From Cetorhinus maximus (taxonomy: Eukaryota): a stretch of 64,000 bases of DNA. Below the pieces are notes generated by a model, which ran no database searches, had not been told where the DNA came from, and saw only the letters and a list, made by a program, of their open reading frames with translations. The position numbers were made by a program, and so were the translations under genes. The stretch is taken from positions 102,300,001-102,364,000 of the forward strand of contig NC_135891.1 in NCBI RefSeq assembly GCF_964194155.1. Direction: 5' to 3'. This document shows positions 11,440-24,574 of this stretch, piece after piece. Position 1 is the stretch's first letter. The number at the start of each line of letters is the position of its first letter.

Positions 11440-11600
11440 TCTTGAAAGTAAGTGGCTATTTCTGCTCTTGACCTTCTGACCTATGTTGGTGAGGTGGTCC
11501 TTGTAGGGAAGTTATTCCAAAATATTCTGGCTTTGGGGGCACATGCCAGCCCTTTTCCATTCAAAATTATTAAATCTGGACAATCAGATCCCGATTACAG
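11440..11600 (-). mobile_element. Short Vingi/Ingi-like LINE RT remnant
   Basis: Minus-strand translation ...YKDHLTNIGQKVKSRNS..., preceded by a decayed PxYxGIT-like motif. Confidence 0.4.
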
Positions 11601-12594
11601 TGGTATTGGATTGGTACCAAGTCCTTTAGGAATGTTAGCAATAATTTCAATTTGTGATTACAAGCATACTTTTATGGAAATCAGAAATTTGTGGCCTTTA
11701 TTATAATTTGTTTAGCTATGTAGCAAATTTTATGGCTTACTTTTCCACTGCCCCAAAAGTCCAGTACCTACAGGAGAACTGATGAAAGAATTTTTCCAGA
11801 TTGGAGCTGGGTAAAGATCAATGTTTTGAAAGGAGACACAGGGGAGTGGCAACATTGGAAAGGGGATTTCAAGGATCTGGAAGTGGTGTATTAGGGGTGT
11901 GAAAACAGTAGGCAGGATTTCGGGAATTTGGTGCGATATGGTTGGAAGCTGGCTTACCAGTGGGGGGGAAACTGCCACATGTGGGCATACTGATAAGGGT
12001 ATCAATAAAGTGGCAAAGGACAGGGTGAGGGAAAGAACCTTGTGGGATGCTGAAGCCCTCACTGCCACATTACCAACCACGGCCCAGGAACCAAAGTGGA
12101 TGTGGGCTTGGAATACAGCAATAACGGCTTTCTCCAGGACAAGTGGACGAGGGGGCGGGTTGTGATGGATACAAGGAAAATGGAAACTTGGGGAAGGTGT
12201 TTGGAGCAGGAAGTTCGGAGGTGGTGGTGGGAATGGGTAAACGAGAATAAAAGCTGTTATCAGAGATTCATCTTGTAGGAAGCTGCTCAATACAGGCAAC
12301 CAGTCGGTTCCCACCATCATCTCAAAAACTTATTCAGGTCATCCTTAAAGCAGATACATACACATTGTTTTTGTATGGTTAATGAAAAGTATTGCAAGTT
12401 GCAAGGGCTGCATGGTTAGAAAACAGTTCCAGTCAATAATCGCTGAATGACAGATGGGCCTTTTGTAGATTATAATGGTATAGTACCAACACATCGAAAC
12501 AAACAATGTTATAACTTTTATACTGAATTTTTGAACATTAGCCAGCAAGAAAGGCAAAGGGTCAGTGAATATTACTGTTCATTTGAAGCAGGGT

Positions 12595-12930
12595 TCATTT
12601 TCGTGTAACCTAATAGAGGCCTTTCAGATTAAAAAAAAGGGTTCTATAGAGTAGAGGTAAGGAAACTGCTTTCAGTTGTAGGGGAGACCAAAGCTAAGGG
12701 TCATAAATATAAGTTAGTCACGAATAAATCCAATAGTGAATACAGGGGAAATTTCTTCGCTCAGAGTGATCAGAATATGGAATTTTCTAACATAAGTAGC
12801 TGAGGTGAATAGCATTATATTGATAGAGTTAGATGAAGTAGGTTGGAGGAGGCTAGTGCAGAGCTTAAAAAGCAAAGGCCATTGTAACAAAAGGTTTGTT
12901 TCTGTGCTGTATGTCCTACATAGTTCTATG
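12595..12930 (+). mobile_element. Degenerate CR1 LINE 3' end
   Basis: ...acctaatagaggcctttcagatt...ggtcataaatataag.tagtcac.aataaatccaatag...; similar to 19150-19500 and 44786-45206. Confidence 0.65.
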
Positions 12931-13104
12931 TAACATGTTAACTCCAATACACTCACATGAATGAAGATTCTTAAAACTAGTCACAGCAAAGCAGAATTCT
13001 ATTCAAATATTGACTGATGTAACATAAAACTGTACCCTGATCATGTAGCAAGCTTTTTCTTTATGATTATCATTTCCTGAATTAAATATCAAAATTGAAC
13101 TCAC

Positions 13105-13218
13105 TTTTATGTCGGCGTAACCGTCCCCAGTGGTAGTTGCACTCTTCTTTGCGGATACAATCCCCACTAATAGAAACACTGTACTCAGCTCCACAACGAC
13201 TGCAGATCCTTGTTAAAG
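13105..13218 (-). CDS. REXO1: REXO1 coding exon (probably exon 10), Cys/His-rich region
   Basis: aatttag|CTTTAACA...CATAAAA|gtgagt; (P)[37 protein letters not shown]; 114 nt. Confidence 0.96.
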
Positions 13219-14399
13219 CTAAATTTAAAAAACACAAACTTGAAATATCTGCATATTTTAGGCAGTCAAGTGTCAATACACAAATGTACAATACACAAAT
13301 TCAGCCACATTATATTTCTAGAAGTTGTCATCACACGTCCTTTAAGCATTTGTTAGCTCAGGTTTTCTCGCCTTCTGAAGGCATGCTTCCACAAATTCTA
13401 ATGATCCTCCAAGCGGCCAAGTGAAAATCAGTTGGACATTCAATTAAGCAAGGCATCATAACAGCTAATCCAATCACCCTACAGCCAAATACTTGTACCT
13501 AATAACAAGAGGTCACTGGACAGCATTTAGGATCAGGAATGTTGACCCCCCCAAATACAACCCAGGCTGAGACAAACTTATTCAGCACAGACCAGGTTGT
13601 GAAGAAAGCAGAGCTTCGCAAAGCTTAAACAAGAACTTTTCTGTTTGCATAAATCATATACAGTATGGATAGCTATCAAGCATCATACCTTCCCTTCTTA
13701 CACTTGTTGACAACACTGCAATTGTTAAAGAGCACCATGTTCCCCAATTTACCTCAAGCAATGGCACAGGAGTTCTATTTAATAACATAGCTGTTTTTGA
13801 ATGAATCAGAGTTGAGTGACAACTGTCATTATCTGCCAGTGAGAAAATGGAAGCCCAATGCCAAGATGTCATGAAGTTGCAAGCAAAGCCTTTGGACCTG
13901 AAGATTAGCCAGAATGCAGGAGTTGAACCTTGGGGCTCATCAGGTCAAACATTGCCAAAACATTAGTTAGATGTGAGACCAAGACAAGGCATTAATTTTA
14001 ATTTGCCATATTAATTCATGCGTCTTTCAAATGGCTTTTAAAATAATTCTTTATCTAGAGATCGTTGACAAAGCTAGATTCTAGAAAGTTGGCCTCCATC
14101 TAGTGATGCAGGAACATCACCTCACTTGTAAAAGCATTGTATCAGAGTGTGTGCAAATGTTCGGAGTTTTCCAAATGTCTTGCAGCCTAATGCACTGTGT
14201 TGGAAATGTATTCTGAAGGAGATATTTAACCTCTTGTGGTTTAATCTTTATGTTGGAAAAAGTGCCACATTGTGTGTTTTTACTTCAATGTATTACCGCA
14301 CGTAAATAAATTTTACTATCAGATTTAAACTGATTTCATCAGTTTGAGTGTGTGTGGAGTTTCCTGCCTGTCAAGTGGGCAAGAACAAGATTGGCATCT

Positions 14400-14870
14400 C
14401 ACACGGGCCTCTGGTGTAGAAGAGTTATTGGCCCGTAACTTCCAGGCTCTCCAGCGTCGGATTTGTGGGGTACCGCAAAGATGCGCTGGGGAATCCCGCT
14501 GGGAAGTTCCCAGGCAAGGGTTTGCATGGCAGTTGCCCAGGAATGCACACTTCCTCTGGGCAATTGCGCTGCGCTGGGAACCATCTGAAACCCCACCAAG
14601 ACCTCTGACCGATGGACCCCCCCCCACCAACCTGGACACCCCCACCCCACAAATCCTATGCACTTACCTTCTCCCTGGCCTGTTAATTTCCCTGACTCTT
14701 TAAATTTAACTGCTTGACGGCAGCAAGTGCCATAAAAAGAGTGTGGCGTCACTGAATACGTTGCAGCTACAGTTCGTTGGGGCCTGCAAGGAGTCTGTTG
14801 ATGGAGGCCCCAAGCAGCTCCAGTGAAAAGAAGTGGCAACGTAATTTAAGGCCAGGTAAGTAGGTATTTA
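14400..14870. mobile_element. GC-rich repeat fragment, probably a non-autonomous DNA transposon (Harbinger-like)
   Basis: Abrupt GC/CpG-rich block in an AT-rich intron with several overlapping non-protein-like ORFs. Family call is tentative. Confidence 0.3.
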
Positions 14871-16330
14871 TTTCTTCTAATTTCTGTGGGCCAGCACTTT
14901 CCGACATTAGTCAGAAGTTATAGCCCATTGTCTTATTCCCATCACACAAGTTTCAATTCATTGAAAACATCACGTCTACAAATTGGAATTTCCTATTCAA
15001 AAGAAAGCTGTAGAGTCAGAGAGTCATTTACAGCACAAAATGGATACAAGGTGATTGAAACACTCAACTTTTCTCAGTTCTTAACAATCCAGATTACTCA
15101 AGTCACACATTCTAACCATTAGATTATTGGAATGAATTTTATCACCAAGTTTTAAGCATCTCAGCAAAACTATTGAATGATCTACAATCTAGCTAGACAG
15201 CCTAGGTCTTCTAAAATAGCATAACTCGCCATAAAATAAAGTCTATTGTCACCATCCTCGTGAGCACTGTATGGACGCACACCATACCCTACTTCTACAA
15301 GTTGAAGGCGTAGAACTTCAGTAGCAATTGCTTGTTACTCTGCAACCCAATAATTATTTGTCAAGGAACGAAAACAGAATTACCTGGAAAAACTCAGCAG
15401 GTCTGGCATGGGTATAGACGTAGGCTGTCTAGCTATAGCTGTAGCAAATAATTATCAGTGTCTCTCCACTGTATGTAGAATTATCAGTGGATCTGTTACC
15501 ACCATCCAGGGCAGAGTATCCCATATTTCTTTGTGCACAAGATGCAATCTGCACAAGCTATAAGTTTACGTATGGGAGCTAGTCTATTATTCGTCTTTGA
15601 ATTGTAACAACTATCATTCCTTATTCAGTCTATGTCACTGAGGGCTGATCAATTGTGGGCGCCCACTTCACAAGATTCTACACATACAAAGAAATTGAGT
15701 TGTATTTTTAATACCAATAAATCCGATTTCTTTACATCTAAGCTACAACTTAGAACATGCATTTAAAGTGCCCAATTTGTCACTTTCTTCCAAACAGGTG
15801 ATAACATCAATGCTTAGTAACTGGCTATAAAATGCAGCTTTCCAACTGATCGTCTTTACATGAGCTTTCACAGACAAGGAATCAAGCAGGATAAATTAAT
15901 TCATTTGATTGATCTTACCTTTTACAAGACCAAAAGTTTTTGGTAAAGTTAAACATATTATGTACTGCTCTCTGGGTGTAATAAATGCGACACACAAATA
16001 AACTAATTTTTCATGTGTTTGGTAGTGTTGTAAATAATTTACTCAACCAGCAAAGCTATTAAAGATAACAGTCTCTTATTTTTAGAAAATATGTTCGAAA
16101 TTTGATGTTTGCCGATTATGGTATTCTACAAGTGTGATGTGCCTCAAATAATTCTAAAACAAAACCATAAAGGAGCCTGGAATTTATTTTATTTTTCAGA
16201 GAACTGAGCAAGACTCACAGCTTAAAAAAAGAAAAAAAGGATATATTTAGAGATGTGTATTATATTTCCAATGATAGCAAAGAATTATGTTTAAAAATAT
16301 TTGAAAGCACCATTAACTTTTTGATATCTA

Positions 16331-16822
16331 CAGGTCGAATATTCTTCATCTGTAAACCAGAAAACTGAACACATCCAAAAACCGCACTGTTTTCGAACCC
16401 CATCGACCTTTAGTCTCTGACCCGAGCCGACATGACCTGATCTGATCCTCGCCAACCGCACCCGACCTTTGGCACAGGAAGTCTCTGACCCGAGCCAACA
16501 TCAACCTTGCCGATGGCACCTGAATTTTCGTGCGGGAAGTCTAGTTGTTTGTCTGCACTGTTTACCCTGTGAGCCCTCTCTCACAAGCAGAATCACAGAT
16601 GGTGCCACATGTGGGAAATTATAGGCACCCCCTGTATTTATTATTCAGTGGTACATCTTACTTTTCTACCCATTTTATTTATTTTAGACCATAGCTAGCC
16701 TAGGCTTCGGTCATTGTACTGCAAGTAGCCCTAGGCCTATATGCAATATCTGAAAACCAAAATTATTTGAAATCTGAAATGCAATCAGCCCCAAGGATTT
16801 CAGATAAGGGATACCCTACCTA
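16331..16822. mobile_element. Tigger/pogo-type MITE
   Basis: TA|CAGGTCGAATATTCTTCATCTG ... CAGATAAGGGATACCCTACCTA|TA: degenerate TIRs like the Tigger4/MER46 terminus with TA TSD. Internal duplicated unit agtctctgacccgagcc.acat. Confidence 0.7.
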
Positions 16823-17764
16823 TATTAAAAGGCTTACACCTGCTCATAATCATAGAACCTTCCACTGTCATACTTGAAAATGTTTCCTTCATAAAACCCA
16901 ATGTCGATATTTATGGTAGACATTATTTGCCGGCTGTAATCACAGTGTCCCACATTTGGTGGCGCTGCAGCACCTCAATTTTGCAAGTCTATCTCCTCCA
17001 CTCGTAAGCAGAGAAACTTCAATACTTGAGCCAACTCTACTAACTTTTCCGAACTGCCATAAGTTGTGATTTAATGATATTTGAAATCAAAATATTATGT
17101 AAAAATTACATAGAAGTTAAGGATAAACTTTGAGATTCCTAAACAGGGACTCAATTACATAAATGCAACATGGTGATGCTGCCAGACCTGCTGAGTTTTT
17201 CCAGGTATTTCTGTTTCTGTTTTTGTTTTGGATTTCCAGCATCCGCAGTTTTTTTGTTTTTATAATTAATTTCCTGCCCTCCATCCCAATTTCACTTGGT
17301 TACAACTCCTCGCATGCATCATCACAGATATTTGATTAGTACAAATTGATTTTAAAAAGCCATTATACAAATGCATCTTTGTTTTAACTGGTAAGGCTAG
17401 TTTTATGCCCTTTTGTTTGGGCAACTTATTTGGGTAGACAAGTAACAGGCATAATCTGGACACCTAGAACTGAATCACTTGCAGAAGTTTTAGAAATTTA
17501 ACTTTTTTTGCACTATTAAGCCGTAAAAAGTCCATTGAGTCTTTCTGCCATTAGGAATCATGTCCACGCTCAATTAAGTCAGATAGCTCACCTAGTTTTG
17601 GTAGTTAGCAACTGAATTAGTCAATCTAAGCTTCAGCAGCAGTAGAAGAGTTACAAATTGGCCTAGAGTGGAGAAAATTTTATCTCCTGATCACTATCCA
17701 AAAACCCATGCTAGAAAAGTGTGAGAATAAACTTGCAGAATGGATGATTTATTGGCAAATGAAT

Positions 17765-18730
17765 TTCAATAACAACTTGCAGTTATATAGTGTTTTAAAG
17801 AAATAAAACGTTCCAAGGCACTCCCACAGGAGTATTATAAAACAAAATATGACACCAAGCCACATAAGGAGATATTGCATCAGATGACAAAAGACTTGGT
17901 CAAAAAGGTAGATTTGAAGAAGTGTCTTAAAGGAGTAAAGTAGGGTACAGAGGCAGAGAGGCGTAGGGGGGAATTTCGGAGCTTAGGGCCTAGGCAGCTG
18001 AAGGCACATCCAATGGTGGAGTGGTTAAAATTGGGGATGTTCAAGGGACCAGAATTGGATGAGTGCACTTATTTCAAAAGGCTGTGGGGCATGAGGCGAT
18101 TCCAGCGATAGGGAGGAGCCAGGTCATGGTGGGATTTGAAAACTAGGATGAGAATTTTCAAATCAAGACATTGCTTGACTGGGAGCCAATGGAAGCCAGG
18201 GGAGATGATGGCACCATGGTAATGTCACTGGACTGGTAAGAGACCCAAGGCCCAGGCTAATACTCTGGGGGCATGGGTTCAAATCACACCAAGGAAGCTA
18301 CTGGAATTTAAATTCAATTAATAAAGCTGGAATATAAAGCCAGTCTCAGTAATGGTGACCATGAAACCATTGCCGATTAATGTCCTTTAGGGAAGGAAAT
18401 CTGCCATCCTTACATGGTCTGACCTACATGTGACTTCAGACCCGCAGCAAGGTGGTTGACTCTTAACTGCCCTCTGAAAAGGCCAAGCAAGCCACTTAGT
18501 TCAAGGGCAATTAGGGATGGGCAACAAATGCTGGCCTTGCCACACCGCATGAGCAAATAAAAAAACGTGGGAGACCAGCCAGGAACGTGTTGGAATATTA
18601 CAAAGGTATATGTATATGACCAAGGATTTCAGCAGATGAGCTGAGACAGGGCAATGTTACTGAGGTAGAAACAGGTGGTCTTAGAGATAATGTGAATATG
18701 TGGTTGGAAGCTCATCCCAGGGTCAAATAT
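17765..18730 (-). mobile_element. L2 LINE 3' fragment interrupted by an HE1-type SINE
   Basis: L2-type tail (caacttgca.ttatatag.g..tt...) and AFSCLGPKLRNS (L2 ORF2 C-terminus) in ORF 17880-18068; resumes after 18566. Confidence 0.65.
18199..18565 (+). mobile_element. HE1-type tRNA-derived V-SINE
   Basis: tRNA head (ggtaatgtcactggact...gggttcaaatc), central tttagggaaggaaatctgcc.tccttac.tggtctg core, LINE-shared tail caagggcaattagggatgggcaa and A-tail. Confidence 0.85.
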
Positions 18731-18734
18731 GAAA

Positions 18735-19500
18735 TGATCGTAGCTAAGTGTGAGGTGGTGCATTTGGGTAGGAGGAATAAAGAGGCCATAAGCTGCCTGA
18801 ATAGTACAAGTCTAAACTGGGATGACAAGCAAAGGGGTTTGGGGATGCAAATAAACAAGTCACTAAAAATAGCAACAAGTTATTAATAAGCCGTTGAGAT
18901 AAAACAAATCAAGCATTGGGGCTCATTTCTAGAGGGAGAGAATTGAAAAGCAGGGAAGTCATGTTGAACCTGTATAGAATCTTGGTTGTACCACACTTGG
19001 GAGTAGTGTATAGTTTTGATATCCATATTATAAACAGGATATACAGGCATTACAGAAGGTGCCAAAAAAACAGCTGCAAAGGTGATATCAGAAAGGAGAA
19101 ATTATAACTATCTGGAAAAGCTAAGCAGGCTGGGGCTCTTTTCTGTAAAAATAAACATCAGAGAGGCAACCTGAGACATAGAGACAGAGAATGTTTCCAC
19201 TTGTGGTGTATTCAAAAGCCAGGGACCATAGGTACAAGAGTCACTAACAAATTCAATAGGGAATTCTGGAGAACCATTTTTACCCGAAGAGTGGTAAGAA
19301 TGTGGAATGAGTTAGCAGAAGGGGTAGCTGAGGAAAATAACACAGCTGCACCTAAGGAAAAACTAGAGAAATGCATGAGGGAGAAAAGATTGGCTGAGTA
19401 TGCTGAAAGAATTAGATGAAATGGGAGGTGGTTTGTGTGGAGCATAAATGCTGGCATAGACCAGTTAGGCTGAATGGTCTTTTTCTGCACTGTAGGCTTA
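18735..19500 (+). mobile_element. Degenerate CR1 LINE 3' portion
   Basis: KCEVVHLGRRN, LGLISRGRELKSREVMLNLYRILVVPHL, FTRRVVRMWNEL motifs. Confidence 0.8.
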
Positions 19501-19986
19501 ACGCAATGTCTGGTGACAGTGGCTCAGCTGTGATATATTTAAAGCCAAATAGTCCACCATGTTTCAGACCGGGAGTTTCTGCATGTTTTCCACCCAGATA
19601 TCAGTGCACTGGGTAGCATTGACCATAATAGCAAAAAATATCATGGAAGTTAAAATGTAAGCCAGCTATACCCACAGCCACTTACACTTCAATCTCTGTG
19701 ATTTATTATACTGGTTCAAAAATCAATTTGCCCAAAGTAGTCCCCAACCACTAAACTGGCCGCTCCCCCAGTTTGGCATGGTGAGTTTTCAGAGATTGTG
19801 CATCTGAAATTATCCCAAATGTCACAGATGCCTGTGGTTACATTAATTCATCATGACCTGCAGCTGCAGCAACCAGCAGTCAACTGAAGCCTCACTCAGG
19901 TTTGTTTTTAACCTGATACAACAATTGCTTTAAATTCTGTTTAAATAAGTTCCAATTCAGTCAACTGCTCACCCCTTGGTACAAGA

Positions 19987-22900
19987 TTTTTTCTTATTTG
20001 TTCATGGGATGTAGGGATAGCTTATTGCCCATCCCTAATTGCCCCCAAGGTGGTGGTGGTGAGCTGCCTTCTTAAACCACTGCAGTCCACATGGTGTAGA
20101 TACACCCACAGTGCTGTTAGGGAGGGAGTTCCAGGATTTTGACCCAGCAACAGTGAAGGAACGGAGATATATTTCCAAGTCAGGATGGTGAGTGGCTTGG
20201 AGGGGAACTTCCAAGTGGTGGCGTTCCCATGTGTCTGCTGCTCTCGTCCTTCTAGGTGGTAGCAGTCATGGGTTTGGAAGGTGCTGTTTAAGGAGGCTTG
20301 GTGAGTTCCTGCAGTGCATTTTGTAGCTGGTACACACTGCTGCCACTATGCATTGGTGGTGGAAGGAGTGCCAATCAAACGGGCTGGCTTGTCCTGGGTG
20401 GTGTCAAGCTTCGAGTATTGTTGGAGCTGCACTCATCCAGGCAAGTGGAGAGTATCCCATTACCCTCCTGACCTGTGACTTGTAGATGGTGGACAGGCTT
20501 TGGGGAGTCAGGAGGTAAGTTATTTGTCGCAGGAATCCTAGCCTCTGACCTGCTCTTGTAACCACAGTATTTATATGGTAAGTCCAGTTCAGTATCAGGT
20601 CACTGCTAACCCCCAGGATGTTGATAGTGGGGGATTCAGCGATGGTAATGCCATTGAATGTCATGGGGCAATGGCTGGATTCTCTCTTGTTGGAGATGAT
20701 CATTGCCTGGCACTTATATAGCTTGAATGTTACTTGCCACCTGTCAGCCCAATCCTAGATATTGTCCAGGTCTTGCTGCACTTGGACATGGACTGCTTCA
20801 GTATTCGAGTCGTCGCGAGTGGTGCTGAATATTGTGCAATCATGTGCGAACATCCCCACTTCTGACCTTATGATGGAAGGTCATTGATGAAGCAACTGAA
20901 GGTGGTTGGGCCTAGGACACTACCCTGAGGAACTCCTGCAGTGATGTCCTGGAACTGAGGTGATTGACTTCCAACAACTAAAACCACGTTCCTCTGTGCT
21001 AGGTATGACTCCAACCGGCAGGGAGCTTTCCCTCGATTCACATTAACTCCAGTTTTGCTAGGGTTCCTTGATGCCACACTCGGTCAAACACTGCCCTGAT
21101 GTCAAGGGCAGTCACTCTAACCTCACCTCTGGAGTTCAGATTTTGTCCATGTTTGAACCAAGGCTGTAATGAGGTCAGAAGTCGAGTCATCCTGGCGGAA
21201 CCCAAACTGAGCGTCAGTGAACAGGTTATTGCTAAGCAAGTGCTGCTTGATTGCACTATTGATGACCTCTTCCTTCATTTTATTGATGATCGAGAGTAGA
21301 CAGATGGGGCGCCAACTGACCGGGTTGGATTTGTCTTGCTTTTTGTGGACAGAACATACCTGGGCAATTTTACACATTGCTGGGTAAATGCCAGTGTTAT
21401 AGCTGTATTGGAACAGCTTGGCTAGGGGCGTAGCAAGTTCTGGGGCACGTCTTCATTACTATTGATGGAATATTGTCAGGGCCCATGGCCTTTGCACTAT
21501 CCAGTGCCTTCAGCTGTTTCTTGATATCATGTGGAGTGAATCAAATTGGCTGAAGACGGGCATCTGCGATGCTGGGGACCTCTGGAAAAGGCTGAAATGG
21601 ATCATTCACACTGCACTTCTGGCCGAAGATTCTTGCAAATGCCTCAGCCTTATCTTTTGCACTAATGTGCTGGGCTCTCCCATCATGGAGATCATCAACT
21701 CCAGTGGAGTTGTTTAATTGTCCACCATCATTCATGACTGGATGTGGCGGGACTGCACAGCTTAGATCTGTTCTGTTGGTTGTGGAATCGCTTAGCTCTA
21801 TCACTTGCTGCATATGCTGTTTGGCCACAAGCAGTCCTGTGTTGTAGCTTCACCAGGTTGACACCTCATTCTTTAGGGATGCCTAGTGCTTTTCCTGACA
21901 TGCCCTCCTGCACTCTTCATTGAACCAGGGTTGATTTGCTGGCTTGGCAGTAATGGTAGAGTGGGAGATATGCCGGACCATGAGGTTACAGATTGTAGTT
22001 GAGTACAATTCTGCTGCTGCTGATGGCCAACAGTGCCTCATGGTTGCCCAGTCCAGAGTTGCTAGATCAGTTTGAAAGCTAGCCCATTTACCATGATGGT
22101 AGTGCCACACAACACAATAGAGGGTATCCTCAATATGAAGACAGACTGTCTCCACAAGGACTATGCAGTGGTCACTCCTACCGATATTGTCATGGACAGA
22201 TGCATCTGTGGCAGGCAGGTTGGTGAGGATGAGGTCATGTATGTTTCCCCCTCATTGCTTCCCTTGCCATCTGCCACATTCTAGCAGCGATGTGCTTTAG
22301 GGCTCAGCCAGCTCGGCCTGTATTTGTGCTACTGAGTCACTCTGGGTCTATCACCCAGAGTCCATTCTGTGCCCTTGCCTCCCTTAGTGCTTCCTCCAAG
22401 TGGTGTTCAACATGGAGGAGTACTGATTCATCAGCTGGAGGGTTGGGGTAGGGGGGGGAGGGGGGGGTTGCAGGCAGTACATGGTATTCAGCAAGGGGTT
22501 TCTATGTTTGATCTGATGCCATGAGGCCTCATGGGGTCCAGCATTGATGTTGAGGACTCCCAGGGCAATTCCCTCCCGACCACTGTGTCACCACCTCTGC
22601 TGGGTCAGTCCTGCCAGTGGGGCAGGATATACCCAGGGATGGTGAGGGTTGTGTCTGGGACATAGTCATACTCATAGAATCATATCTTACAGACAATGTC
22701 AGGCACTCTTCAGTGAACCAGACTAGTCTGTGAGACAGCTCTCCCAATTTAGGCACAAGCCAAAAGGAGTTAGTAAGGACTTCAGTCATCGTTTCCAGGT
22801 GGTGTCTCCAGTTTCATTCCTTATTGACTTTTTAGCCGTTTGATGCAATGGAGTGGCTTGCTAGGCCATTTCAGAGGGCATTTAACTTGGATTCACACGT

Positions 22901-23100
22901 AGGCCAGACTAGGTAAGGACAGCAGATTTCCTTCCCTAAAGGACATTAATGAACCAGATGGGTTTTTATGACAATCGGCAATGGTTTCATGGTCAGGTTT
23001 CAAATTCAAATTTCACCTCTGTCATAGGATTTGAACCCCGGTCAGATTGTCTCTGGATTACAAGTCCAGTGACAATACCACTACGCCAATGCCTCTCCCT
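19987..23100 (-). mobile_element. Near full-length HER1-type LINE (APE endonuclease + RT) with a tRNA-derived HE1-like 5' head
   Basis: EN start LVPKLGELSHRLV; QPWFNEECRRAC; RT motifs QFGFRQ, ALDIRAVFDRVWH, GVPQGSVLGPTTFSCFINDL; 3' tail gggcaattagggatgggcaa. 5' end 22845-23100 has A box TGGCGTAGTGG and B box GGTTCAAATCC. Multiple frameshifts. Confidence 0.85.
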
Positions 23101-23369
23101 ATTGACCAATAGTCAATTGAAACCACTGGTCTGGTTCTTCAGCTGCAGCAATTATTTAAACTGAATATGTTCAGGTTAAGTTTAATTCAGCAATCTTGAG
23201 GCCCTATTGTCCATGTTCCAATCAATATTCAATTATGTTTGATTTCATTGCTGTTTTGCACTAATTCATGGGAGATTTTATGTTTTGAGTTTATGCAAAA
23301 GAGTTTGTGCAGAACCTGGTGTACAACTTCACCTTGGCAAAACTGGTGCAGCGTCCAGTGAATTTTCTC

Positions 23370-23753
23370 GATTACACTCCAAGTGGAAACTCCAGGGCCT
23401 GGCAGGCAAGCGTGTTCGGCGGTCCTGGGAGGCGTCAGGAACGGACTGCTGACCGCAATCAGCACCCGACCGTGATTTCACACTGGCTGGCCAATTCACA
23501 GCCAGCCAGCATGAAACGGGCGCTGAAAAGCTCAGCGCTGCTGGCGGGGGGTGGGGGGGGAGAGGAGGGCTGGTGATGACGTTCCTACGGGCGAGCGCTG
23601 AGAGAAAGCTCCCTGAAGGCAGAGAGCTGCCTAAGGGAGCTGCAGGCCCGAAAACCACACAAACACGGGGTGACGTTGGGATGCTCGCCCGATGTCTTCT
23701 CCGGCAATTTTATGCCAGGCGCACGCCTGCCCACAGGGCGTAAAATTCTGCCC
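23370..23753. mobile_element. GC-rich DNA-transposon-derived fragment (Harbinger-like terminus aaaattctgccc)
   Basis: CpG-rich block ending ...gggcgtaaaattctgccc; family call from recalled shark repeats. Confidence 0.35.
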
Positions 23754-24402
23754 TAGGTCTCAGTCTAGATGAGGGATGTCCAAACTGTGGCTTGTGAAGC
23801 AGTAACTTTATCAATCCACACAACTCAGTTGAGCCTTCAAGCAGCCAAAAGGTTAGGTTCAGGCTCTCACACACAGAATTTTCACTTGAGCATTACCTTG
23901 GATGGCAATAAGCAACAAATGTTTCTAAAATAATGACATTCAGCCAATATGACAAGTTTGGGATGTCTGATTCTTAAAAGCTGCTCTGGCATCATCAAAG
24001 AGCCTGGAGGAGGAGGAAATTGGCAGATATAAAAACAAGTCTGAGATATTAGAAGGTATAGTGAGCAGAGTATTATTTCAGGTAATTAAAAAGCAGTTAG
24101 GGGAATTTAAAACTGCCACTGAGTTTTACAGTAAAGAGTGAAAATTCTAGATTGCAAGATGTGCAAGAGAAATTTATTACAACTTCAAAATTCCAGCTCT
24201 ACAGTTTTGTTTGGCCATTGACAACAGAAGTTATTTTGCTTATGCTAGAATTCAGAATTTGTCTGTTTGCTTATTATGAGCACTTTAATTTTCACAGTAC
24301 AAAATTAAAAGGTATCTGAAAGAAATAAATCTGTTGGACCCTGTTATAGGGTCCTTTTTTTTTAAAAAAAAGGACTTTTACTGGTGGTATACATTTACTT
24401 AC

Positions 24403-24543
24403 GGTCAGTGTTATTCTTTCTCTCATCCTGATTATAAAGCACTACAATACCAGGCTTCTCTGGATGAGGTCTTGGGTAGGAATTTTCTTGCAATTGCTCT
24501 TCTGTTAAAACATACTCTGTCAGCTTCTTGTACAGCATGGTGC
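24403..24543 (-). CDS. REXO1: REXO1 coding exon (probably exon 9)
   Basis: attgcag|GCACCATG...GACC|gtaagt; (G)TMLYKKLTEYVLTEEQLQENSYPRPHPEKPGIVVLYNQDERKNNTD; 141 nt. Confidence 0.95.
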
Positions 24544-24574
24544 CTGCAATGAAATAAATTTGCATCATATTTGG

